Shown here: positions 1 to 12,400 of the stretch, in pieces
Layout of the letters: each line of letters opens with the position of its first letter
Position numbering within the stretch: position 1 is the first letter of the stretch
Assembly: GCF_026571515.1 (NCBI RefSeq)
Contig: NW_026862168.1
Coordinates: forward strand, 62,001-126,000
Direction: 5' to 3'
Length of the DNA: 64,000 nt
Origin: Ruditapes philippinarum
Taxonomy: Eukaryota
Position numbers and translations under genes: made by a program
The notes under the pieces: model-generated
Told to the model about the DNA's origin: nothing
The model's input: the letters and a program-made list of their open reading frames with translations, nothing else
Databases searched by the model: none

Positions 1-2419
1 ATAAGAATATATTGATTTCATTAAAAAGAAACACATCAGATGTTAAATTCCACTCCAAAAATATATATGATATTTGTCTGTGTATATTGTATTCTTAGGT
101 GGTTATTGAATAAAATATTGATGATAAAGGGAACAAATATCGACAGGGATATTGGTTCTTGATAAAGGCAAAATTAATAATTATTTTACGCCCACCAGCT
201 GCCCCCACACGCCGCCTTGAATTTTATTTTACTTTAAAAGGGTACAGCATAACTGGTGCTGATTAAATGTTCCAAAGAATAACCTGACTATATTTCTTCA
301 TTTCCTTTAGTTTATGTCAATCGATCCGTCAATCATGAAAACATTACGCATTTATACCACCTTTACGACGCCATTTGGCAACTATATTTCATATTTTATT
401 GGTCAATTTATTTTTTATATTTTTAAAGTATATGTTTTGAAAAAGAAAAAAGATACTTAATAAAGAGAGTTTAGTGACAAAAACCATGAACACCTTTACA
501 ACATATTTTTTTATTTCTTTGTTGTTGTTGTTGCTTTTATTGTTGTTGTTCTTTCCATCATGGTTTGCAAAATTTAAAACATTGTACGTGTATATAACGT
601 TCTTTACAAGAAAGATTAAAGGACCAATGAGCTTATTATATTTCTGATTTATAGCGACATGTTGAGAAAAGATGTCAGAAAATTTCCCAAAATATACATC
701 ACGACAATATGGTAAGTACGATTCAATAAAGTTGTCTCTATAATAATTATATTGTTTTACATCTAAATCATAATAGCTATAGCTTAAAAAGCATGTTCTA
801 TTTTCCTCTTTGTTTTGTTTTCCTTTAGATTAAGAATGACACTTCTTGGACTTATCTGACGGATATTGAAATTTATTATTTTATATACATTCGTTGAATA
901 CAACAATATACAGATTTGATTTTCAAACAAGGATTGGATTGATAAACTGCAATATGATGACGCCAATAGTAACTTATTTATTCCTACTTTGTGGATTTAT
1001 TATTAGCCATTAACGTTTAGTTTAGGTTAACTGTAAAATCTTTTTGAGAAAATAAAGTCTCTTAAAAGGAGAAGAAACAATCAAACGGAAATCAAACAAG
1101 CACGATATTTGTAATTGTAATAAGAAGCAGTCATGAATCTAATATTGATTCCTATGGCCTCTGCTAAAGACATTATTATCAATGCATTAGGATCATTCTT
1201 CTTACAACTATTTTATTCACACACACATACAATTTGTAGATGTCTGGGCCTGCACTTGACAAAGATGTCTTGCACTAATTGACAAAGTCATTTAAGTGTT
1301 GCGATCAAGATTCAGTGAAATATATTTTTTACTTTCTCATAAAGGTGAAAAACTACATGCTATAAAATTTGTAACTGCAAATGACATGCTTAATTAATTC
1401 AGTGATAGAAAAGAACTTGGTTATACTTAATCCTGAAAATGACATATTTATACAAGTTTAACTTTAATTAGAAAATTTTGTGGTTGGAATGTTGTCTTAA
1501 ATGATTAAGGCATAACAACTGCATTCATCGTTTATCCATGCGTGATCGTTAAAGGCAAGTAGTATCTTGGTTCGAATTGCTATAGCCAATGAGGCAGGTG
1601 AGGTGGTTTTTGACGCCTGGTTTCGTTTCGTTTATTGATATCAGCTCAGTTTGCATATATACAAATACAGGAGCAAAAACATTATATAAACAAGCAAATT
1701 CGTTGAATTTATATCCCCCGCCGAGTACTGGTTATTATTAACACAACAACTGAAGACATAATGCTTTATTTATATATTAATCATGGCATAAACAGTAATA
1801 TTCTTTGAACTTGATAAATATTCAGGGCAATAACAGAGCCATAACTTTGTGTTAAATAGTAATATCTGGAAATGCCAATGAGATGTATGCATACTACATA
1901 ACTAATCAAGGGCCATAAATCTGAGTTATAAGTATCTGACCGGAACAAGGCGACTATATGCACATCTCTTAGTATCCCATAAATTTTGCATTCTTTCTAC
2001 TGGCGCATTTGGCTATACTGTACAGTAGGCCTACATGCTTTTTTTAAAATTCATTTGGATTAAAAAATACTAATTGTTTGGGAATTATTGCATTTATTTG
2101 GTATACTTTTTAAGGATAGTATTTGATTTAGAGTAAAAGAAAAAACAGTACTATCAATAATTAATCTCATTTTTGTATTTAAGTTAAGAGTGATAGATTA
2201 ATGTTAAGAACAATAATGAAAATAACGAGTCCTATTTGGTATCAATAATTGTCTTAAAGTTAGATACAGAGAACATTTTATGTTACAAATATACCAAAAA
2301 CAAACATTTGATCTTATTGTTTCTTAATATATATAACCTAAATAACTGTTTTAAAGTGGGCCGAATCGTCACTAGTTAAAGTGGGGCGAGTCGTTAAGGG
2401 GCGAATCGTTATCAATTCT

Positions 2420-2979
2420 GGCTGTGACTAAAAAAAGAATGGCTGTGACTAAAAAAAGGATTGGAGCACCACACTAAATACCGTATTCCGGTATATACCG
2501 GACAAGGCGCTTGAATGATAAAATGCTAAAATCTTGTCTTTTTACCCAACGGAATGAACTTTAACAGTTCTAATTCATCTTTTCACACCGAATCAAGTAC
2601 GATAATTAAGGAAAAATGTAAAATTCGGCGAAAAAAAACGATATTTGTCTATTTTGTGATCATGATTTCTGCAAGCGTCTAGAGGTACTGCTCCAATCCT
2701 GTATTGAGCTAAATCCAAAAAGAATTGGAGCACCACACTAAATACCGTATTCCGGTATATACCGGACAAGGCGCTTGAATGATAAAATGCTAAAATCTTG
2801 TCTTTTTACCCAACGGAATGAACTTTAACAGGTCTAATTCATCTTTTCACACCGAATCAAGTACGATAATCAAGGAAAAATGTAAAAATCGGCGAAAAAA
2901 ACGATATTTGTCTATTTTGTGATCATGATTTCTGCAAGCGTCTAGAGGTACTGCTCCAATCCTGTATTGAGCTAAATCC
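2420..2979. mobile_element. Non-autonomous insertion with 9-bp TSD and internal 264-bp tandem duplication
   Basis: ATCAATTCT at 2411-2419 and 2980-2988 flanks the segment. Ends are GG...CC. Two near-identical units start at about 2460 and 2724, each bounded by the inverted motif ATTGGAGCA...TGCTCCAAT. Confidence 0.7.
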
Positions 2980-3420
2980 ATCAATTCTTATGTTATCCCC
3001 CTTGTCATGATCTTCTACTGATAAAAATGTCAACATGTCAATTTTGGCAACAAAAGCAAGTTATTATCAATAGTTTGTGTTTGATGCTTGATATGAAAGT
3101 CGAAACATAACGTGCCTATAAATGTTCAAATATATATCGTTTTAGAATGGTAAAATAAACGATGGTGATGAAATATGCGTGAAATGTTTATTTAAGTGTT
3201 ATGACATTCGGATACGTTTCGTACAAAATATGTGTAACAATATTTCCAGTTTAATGATGAAGAGTGACATCATCGGGGAGCTCTACAAGCAAAGAGGGTA
3301 CATACTATAGAGCAAGACATATTCGACGGACAAGTAAAGAAAATGAGAGATTTCGGTCATTTATTAAATCAAAAATTAAACTTTAGATAAATAACTCTAA
3401 AATTTGTAAAAAAAACAACT

Positions 3421-6400
3421 ATGGATGGATTAAATTTGGACACAGTTGAATGCAATCCAGATAAATCTATTGAGAGGACAAATGAATCTTGTCATCAAGA
3501 TCTTCTTATAGTTGAGGATAGTTCTATTGCTAATCTAGATAATTTAGGGGAAGAATATTTCCTCTCGAGGAACGTTTACCTTGCCAAGTCCAAACAAGGT
3601 GATTTGTTCTGTGAAAATAGTTGCAATAAAGTACCTAGTCAACTTCCTGGTTCATTTCAAACTGACAATGTCTGCATAGATGCATTTACTCCAGTGGAGG
3701 AAATGGTAACAAATGCTATTCCATTACATGACAACAACATTGTCAATGGTGATTGCTTCACATTAACAGAGATAGTACCTGGACATGATAGTGCTCATAT
3801 TGTTGAAGATTTTGTTTCTGATAAAATGGGTTTATTGTCAAGTGATTTTCAAGCTAAGAATGCTATTTGTTATAAAAGTTCTGAATCTGCTCCAGATATT
3901 GATGATGATAATGATAGTGCTAAGTTTCCGATTCAGGCAAATATGGGACCAGATTGTAAGTGTTTGTCGGGTGATATTAGTGACATTGATAGAAGTTCAC
4001 ATGAAAATGAACAAGTAGCTATTGATAATAAAGATAAACTGGCATTTGAGGATCAAAATGGCTTTGGAGAGATGCTGCTTAACACTCCATGTAACTTTTC
4101 TGATATTTATTCTAATGACACTGAACATGGAAACCCAATTGAATCATTGCAAATACCATTCTTTGACCATATAGATTATGAATCTGATCACATTGCTGAA
4201 GAAGAATTTCCCATTGACAATCTTAATAGTATCTCACAGATACCTAATTTTGAGTTATTACAGCTTGAAGCCCATGAAACTGTTAATTGTTCTGGGTATG
4301 AAGACTTAAATGTGATAGAGCTGTTGAAAGAAGTTAAGTATGACCTTACAAGAAGATTTAGAAATGATGAGAGTGATGATTTAGGAGTAACAGCTTTGTT
4401 TGATGAGCCACAAACAAGTGTTAATAATTGTAAGTACTTTAATTGTAAATAAATGTTTTTAGCTCACCTGTCACAAAGTGACAGGGTGAGCTTTTGTGAT
4501 CGCTTTTCGTCCGGCGTCCGTCCTTAAACTTTTACTTTAAATGACATCTCCTCATAAACCACTAAGCCAATTTCATCCAAACTTCACAGGAATGTTCCTT
4601 TGGTGGTCACCTTTAAAAATTGTTCAAAGAATTTAATTCCACGCAGAACTCTGGTTGCCATGGCAACCGAAATAAAAAACTTTAAATATCTTCTTTAAAA
4701 AAACCATAAGAGCTAGAGCTTAGATATTTGGCATGAAACATCTTCTAGTGAGTGTCTACCAAGTTTGTTCAAATAAAAGCCCTGGGGTCAAAATTGGCCC
4801 CGCCCCGGGGGGTCATTGATTTTCTCTATATGCATATAGTAAAATCTTAAAAAATCTTCTTTTAAAGAACTCAAAGAGCTAGAGCTAAGATATTTAGCAT
4901 GAAACATGTTCTAATTGGTGTCTACCAAGTTTGTTCAAATAAAAGCCCTGGGGTCAAAATTGGCCCCACCCCGGCAGGCCTAGACATTAACTTTTGAATC
5001 AGGTTGTCCTGTCGGGCAAGTAGTTTTTAAAACTACTTGCCCGTGACCTAAGACTTACTTGTCCTGACCTAAAAATGGTAAAAATGTATAAATCAGAAAA
5101 ACAAACAAGCTCATAAATATTTTTTGTATTTAGTAGTTTTTCTAAAACATCGGTTCATCTGTTTATTCAATGTGAATATACTACGGTCATGTACATTTGT
5201 TGATATAGGAAACGGAAGGAAAAATATGAGCATGCGCCGCGGTAAGGAAATTCTCCGTTCAATCATCAAGTCAACAGCCGTAAACGAGTCTTCGTTTACT
5301 AAGTTCATAATGTTGTTATATTAGATTAAACAATAAATCATTTTTAATGCAAAAACTTTATTTAACAATTATATTTAAAGATCAATATGATTATCTACAT
5401 ATTTTCAATGATATCTTTACATGCAAACATCAAAATTTAAACAACAGCATAACCCAGGAATTACCTTGTACAAAATTAGATATAGTCTATTATTAGAACA
5501 GAGAATAACCTTACCGCGGCGCATGCTCATATTTTTGCTTCCGTTTCCTATATCAACAAATGTACATCTCGCTCATTCTCAATAAAACACAGCATTTTAT
5601 GTTCCACTGGGTATAGCTCTTATACGAAGGTTTTTCTTGAGGTCAAAATGTCGTTAGAAAGGTGGCTGCCACTTTGTCTAATAGGGACACTCTCAGTTTT
5701 ACATTTCTATCTGTTATTTTTCTTTTACAAGTACCATTAATGCCCTAAAATGTAACATACGTTACTGTCGCCACCTATAATTTTCAACTTTGAAATTATG
5801 TTTCAGAAAAATAAGTTCCAGAATAAACGAAACATGTGCAATTAGTCATTGCTGTGTGTGTATATGAACTTTGATTATTGGTAAAAAATTATATTTGACT
5901 GTTAAAATCGCATTGGTATAATGGATGATCAAATGTCGCCAAATGCATATAAATAAATAGTGACAAACCTAAAACATTAAGAAGTGAAACCCAAATTACA
6001 TAATTGAATCGATGCATGCTTAATAATACAGCATATATATGATTATAAATAAAAATAAGCTTGCAGCCTCTCAAATATCATTCTATTTTCGGAAATTTTC
6101 ATTTTTTATTCAAATCTATTCAACAGCACTTTAAAAAGAAACATACGTTACCATTATTTAAGAGCCAATCCATTCAAAGAAGATTCCAAACAAGAAAGAA
6201 AATTAACATGTGTGTAACTCTGATATATTAACCACAAATTATGGCGGCTTAAACAGTCTTGCGTCATTTTTTAACCCACTTTCAATGTAAAAATGAAACA
6301 TACGTTACAGAAACATACGTTATCAACTTTTTAAAATAAGTTTATAAAAAGGAAAATTGAAGTCAGAAAGCACGTATAACAGCAACATTAACTTCTATTT

Positions 6401-9400
6401 GACATTAGTAAGTAAATTTTTTTAACTTTGGTCGAGTTTTTACTTGTTTAAGTAACCACTGTGAAACAAACGTTACTTTTATCAAACAGACTTAATATTG
6501 TTTACACATGCATATATAAAAACATAAAATCGCATTTTATGACAATAGAATGATGTGCATTTTGATTCCTAAATAAAAAAGTCGATTTTACATGTAAGTT
6601 TAAATTCCGTGATAAAGTTCATAAATAAGCGAGTGTGAAACATACGTTTACGATCCAACTTACAATTCAACAATTTTTGAAAATTAAAGATAAAGTTGGG
6701 ATTAGCATGCCTGTTATGTAACGGTTACCTTGTATTAGTTGTAAGAAGACACAAAATTGTTTTACCAAAGGAAAAGATATGTTAATAATATGTTGATGTA
6801 CCAGCAGAAATGTTGAAAATATATTACAAGATATTGATGTTCTCAGCAACAACTAATTCGTTTCTGCAAAGAGCTTACTGGCCGTTATTTCATTCTATAT
6901 ATAATAATGTTAAAAATAATATCCATAAATATAAATTATTTTACAAAAAAATAAAATTGTTTTCTCAACCTTTACTTGCATTTGAATAAAATGGAAACAT
7001 ACGTGACATCCTATATGGGGATAAAATATCGAACTGCTTAGTACTAAATTTTCCAAATATTAAGGAAGTGGAAAGTTGAATGTTTTGAAAAAAAAAATGC
7101 TCATACAAAATTTGTGTATGCATTCGACCTCTTATATATTATATATGATATATATCCTTTGAGTGAAGACATAAAATAATCATTTCCAAAATTGACTATT
7201 TTTGCTTTCTACGAATATTTAACTTTGAAGAAACTGACTGAAAATTAGCAAGGTACCCAACTTCTTTGAATTTTCCTGGGTTAGAAAGTCCCTCTAGATA
7301 GAGAATTTACAGATTTGGATATATTTTACAGACATTTGTTATTAATATGCAGCCAATATGTTACATTATCAGATCTGAAATCTACGTTACCGAAGAAATA
7401 CAGTGTCATTACCGAAATAAATGCCATCCTGTTACATCATAGTTTCTTGTTCAAAATATTTCTGGCAAACTTGCAAAATACCCTAAACTTTTACTTCAGC
7501 GATAAAAAATGACACAATGACAACATCAAATTTTTAATATTTTTCAACCTCAAATGCTTTATTTTATTGAGAATGGGCGATGACCGTAGTATATTCACAT
7601 TATTGATAATAATTCATGGTGTATTTTTGTTTTAAAGATGTTTATAAATGAAAAGATGTTATTTCTATTCATTTTGTACATGCATTTTGTCAATGATGCT
7701 TTTTATTTTCACTTGCCCTGTCGGACAAGTGCTTTTCAAAATAACTTGCCCGGACCAAACTTTTAGTTGCCCCGGGCAGTCGGACAACCGTTAATGTCGA
7801 GCCCTGCCCGGGGGTCATTGATTTTCCCTATATGCATATAGTAAAAACTTAAAAAATCTTCTTTTAAAGAACTCAAAGAGCTATGGCTAAGATATTTAGC
7901 ATCAAACATGTTCTTCTAGGTGTCTACCAAGTTTGTTCAAATAAAAGCCTTGGGGTCAAAATTGACCCCGCCCAGGGGGGTCATTGATTTTTCCCTATAT
8001 GCATATAGTAAAAACTTAAAAAATCTTCTTTTAAAGAACTCAAAGAGCTATGGCTAAGATATTTAGCATCAAACATGTTCTAATAGGTGTCTACCAAGTT
8101 TGTTCAAATAAAAGCCCTGGGGTCAAAATTGACCCCGCCCAGGGGGGTCATTGATTTTTCCCTATATGCATTTAGTAATAACTTAAAAAATCTTCTTTTA
8201 AAGAACTCAAAGAGCTATGGCTAAGATATTTAGCAAATAACATGTTGTAATAGGTTTCTACCAAGTTTGTTCAAATAAAAGCCCTGGGGTCAAAATTGGC
8301 ACCGCCCCGGGGGTCATTTATTTTTCTTATATGTGTATAGCAAAAACTTAAAAAATCTACTTTGAAAAAACCCAAATAGCTAGAGTTAAGATATTAAGCA
8401 TGAAACATCTTTTAGTGAGTGTCTACAAAGTTTGTTCAAATAAAAGACCTGGGGTCAAAATTGGCCCCGCCCCGGGGGGTCATTGATTTTCTTTATATAT
8501 GTGTATAGCAAAAACTTAAAATCTTCTTTGAAAAAACCAAAATAGCTAGAGTTTATTTATAAAGCATGAAACATCTTCTAGTAAGTGTCTACAAAGTTTG
8601 TTTAAATAAAAGCCCTGGGGTCATAACTGGCCCGGCCCCAGGGGTGTCATTGTTTTTAACTATATGTGTATAGTAAAAACTTTAAAAAAAATCTTCTTTT
8701 AAAAAGCCCAATGAGCTAGAGCTTACATGTTTAGCATGAAACATCTTCTTATGGGTGTCTACCAAGTTTGTGCAAATAAAAGCCCTTGGGTTAAATTGGA
8801 CCTGCAACGTTGGTGGGGGATGGGTGTTGGGGGGACCTATATACAGGTGAGCGACCTCAGGGCCATCATGTCCCTCTTGTTTGTTTTTTTCATTAAAAAG
8901 CAGATATGTTTACTACTTTTGTGTTAATAGACTTGTGAAAAATACAGCTAGAAATCTTTGAAGTTTAATAAGACAATCTTTCAACATGCATCGGTATTAT
9001 TACTAATATAAGGATAATTCCACACTATGAAACTGTTGATTAATCAAAGGGCTGCATGCTCTGTGGTATTTTCTGATCTTTGCAATCTAAATCATACTAT
9101 CTGTATGTATTTTCCTATATAAGTTTATGTTTAGCTCGACTTTACGAAGTATATGGAGAGCTGTCCTACTCGCCCCGGCGTGGGCGTCCGCGTCCATATT
9201 TCAGATTAAAGTTTTGGTGCAGTAAAATATTTTTCACTATTATAACTTTGTCATTTCTTAAGGTATCAACTTTAAACTTCAAATATATGTTCCTTATCAT
9301 CAACCACACCTTATGTGACAAGGGTCATAACTCTAGCACCAATATTTTCAGATTTATCTCCCCTTGAACTTAGAATTTTCCTTAAAAAATACTATTTTTT

Positions 9401-12400
9401 ACTGTAACTTATTTATTTCTTAAGGGATCACCCTCATACTTCAAATATATGTACCTTATCATCATCCCCATCTTATGTGACAAGGTTCATAACTCTAGCA
9501 CCAATATTTTCAGATTTATCTCCCCTTGAACTTAGAATTTTCCTTAAAAAACATTATTTTTTACTGTAACTTATTTATTTCTAAAGGGATCAACTTCATA
9601 CTTCAAATATATGTACCTTATCATCTTATGTGACAAGGTTCATAACTCTAGCACCAATATTGCAAGAATTATCTCCCCATCAACTTAGATTTTTTTACTA
9701 GAAAAATGTTATTTTTTACTATAATTATTTTAGTTTTAAAGGTATCTACCTCAAACTTCAAATACTTATTTCTTATGATCAATTACATTTTATGTGACAA
9801 TGTTCATACATCTTGAATCAATATTTACAGATTTATCTCTCTTTGAACTTAGGATTTTCTTTAAGAAATATTATAACTTATTTACTTTTTAAGGTATCTT
9901 TGTAACTTCAAACTTCAAATACATATTTCTTATCATAACACACATGTTGTGTGACAAGGTTCATAACTCTAGCGTGACTTTTTCTAGAATTATTTCCCCT
10001 TGATCTTGGAATTTATGTTAACAAATGTTATTTTTTTACTATAACTTAATACATAATTATACATAATTGATTTTTCTTTCATAGTTTTGTCCTCCTTACT
10101 GCGTCCAGTATTTTATTAGTCGAGCTTGGCTGTCTCCTGTGACAGCTCTTGTTATATACTATAATTCATCTTACGCAGCGACTGCGTTAAGATTTTTTTT
10201 CTATAACAGTTTGAGATTGATACATATGGAATTTTGCATGACTAGAGTTGCATCAAAAATCATTTTTTATGACAGCCACACTTTATCCTTGCATATTGTT
10301 GCTACTTCCTTAAAAAAGACACTTCAAAAAAAAGTTGCCTCGACTAGGATTTGAACCTTAGGCCTCTCACACCCTAAACGAGCGCGATACTCCTGCACCA
10401 CAGTGAAGTAATACGTAATATGTAGCCTGAATAAAAACAAATTTACATTGTAATTCTAAATTGAGAATTTCCATTTCGTGTTTGTAATCCTTATCAATTT
10501 CGAGGTATTTTGTTCACGATAAACCTGTTTAACACTGATAAAAATAATTTAGCGAAAATCTTCTCGCCAAAACAGTCCGACATTTATATATTCCACTACT
10601 CGGCAGTCAGATTTATTTCTGTACTACGCCCTGGAGTATTCAGTAATCGACATAGCTAACAATAGCATTTTCATTGATTAAAATGATATTCATCCGCGAA
10701 ACTTGTGATCGTAACCTCATATTTCTATTGACTAATCTGAACTTTCAATGCACTGTAATTCGTTAAATGCCTACATTAAAAATTATTCTGTCTTTTAAAT
10801 TGCTGGTTTTTAAGCAGTTTTGAGTGAGAACTACTTTGCGTTGTTAGGTCTGTTAGGAAATTTTGTGTTAGACCGTGGATGTTAGCTACATGTATGTATT
10901 TACTGATCTTGCGATCAGAAAATACAAAAATGAATATGTATATCTTAATTCTTATCTATAATTTAGTCTTAAAATTTTATATAAATGCCTTGAAGTACTT
11001 GCATGACTATTATATGGCTGTTTGTGTTTTGATAAGAGTACTTTGATCTATTATTTATCATTTGTATTTGGCTTTCAAAAATGTTACAAGAATGGATCAC
11101 AGCATTTCTGTACAATCTTGGTCTAGCAAAATCTATTCGAGACAAAAGAATTTCTGGAACAAGAAATTCTTAAAGGAAAGGCTTGAAATGATGCACCAAA
11201 TTGATTGATCATAATTTGAGACCCCAATTCCCCCTACTCCAACCCCTCACCCCCCCCCCCCCCCACACACACACACACCCAATCACACACTTGCAAATTT
11301 TTAATGTAAATAGAATTAAAGTGAAAATTGAATTTCTTCAAACTATATTTAATTATAACACTTGTTTGTTTTTATTTTTTCAGCTTGTACAGGTGTTAAA
11401 AGCAAATCTGCTAGGAAACGAAAGAAACAACTGTTGAAACTTAAGAAACCACCAGTTGCAAGTCCAGCATCTGAAAATGTGAAGAGAAAGTTTGCTCAAT
11501 CATTTCAGGTATTTCTGCTAGTTTTAATAGACAACGATTGAAATGAAAGTAAACAAATTAGTTTTACATTAAACTTTATTTTGACATTCCATATTTTGTA
11601 CTGAGTTATATTTAGATATTTATATAAATGTTTTGAGTATTTTCTGGTAAAACACAATTAATGTTGAAATGAAAGCTTTCCACATGTAAATCATCATGAC
11701 TCATAAAATGTTGGATTTTAATGCTAAATACTGACACAATACAGACTTGTGTCACTTTGTTGATATACAAGAGAACTCATGAAAATCTTAATTTTTGAAA
11801 TTGTATGGCCTAGAGATTAGGTGCATTTATTAAGCATGTAGCATCGATTGAATACCTCTACTAAAGTGAATAATCAAGCCCTATTGACAAAATACATGTA
11901 GCCCCATCCCAGTATGACCAAATGACCTACATGTACTTCTGCATCGAATAATTAAAACCTGTTTAGCAGTAGTTCTCAGGTGAGAGATCTAGAACCATCC
12001 TAGACATCTTGTTTAACCCTTTACCTCATATATATGCGAAACAACGCACTTTCGACCCCCCTCCCCTTTTTTAGGCCTGAAATAGTGAAAAAATGTCCTA
12101 TTTGGGCCCCTAACACATGTTTTCATTTGAGAAATGTTGCTAAAAAAGTGAGCACTTTTTCGGCGCCGCCCCCTATTCAAAAGATACATCAGGGGGTTGC
12201 TAGAAGGGGGATGTGCCCCCTTCTGTTTGGGGGGTTTGAAGGGGGGCGGAGTCCCCCTCATCGCCAAGAAAATTTTGGACTTGTGAGAGGCTAAAAATGA
12301 CCCCATGTCGATCATAAGGTAACGTGTAACCAACGCTTAAAAGCCTTTGACTCTATCTCAATCCCTTGAGAAGTTGCAGCACTTTGAAATAAATTTTGAT

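Larger units (their letters stand above)
4975..7806. mobile_element. Non-autonomous TIR DNA transposon with 5-bp TSD (hAT5-like)
   Basis: TIR CAGGCCTAGACATTAAC / GTTAATGTCGAGCCCTG (15/17 match). CCCGG is duplicated at 4970-4974 and 7807-7811. Subterminal ACTTGCCCG-type repeats occur at both ends. Confidence 0.85.
4459..8881 (+). mobile_element. Helentron-associated non-autonomous element (HINE-type) with ~167-bp internal tandem repeats, interrupted by nested insertions
   Basis: 5' end TTAGCTCACCTG...hairpin...(GTCC)n. 3' end CAGGTGAGCG plus hairpin AGGGCCATCATGTCCCT plus CTTGTT. The GGGGTCAAAATT motif recurs at about 4783, 4950, 7952, 8119, 8286, 8451, 8617 and 8787. Confidence 0.85.

Noticed and set aside
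3146-3390. Possible upstream exon (NGKINDGDEICVKC...) of the RING gene
   Set aside because: It contains stops and I could not join it in frame to 3421.
10336-10408. Functional tRNA-Pro gene
   Set aside because: The acceptor and T stems contain mismatches, so it is kept only as a pseudogene.
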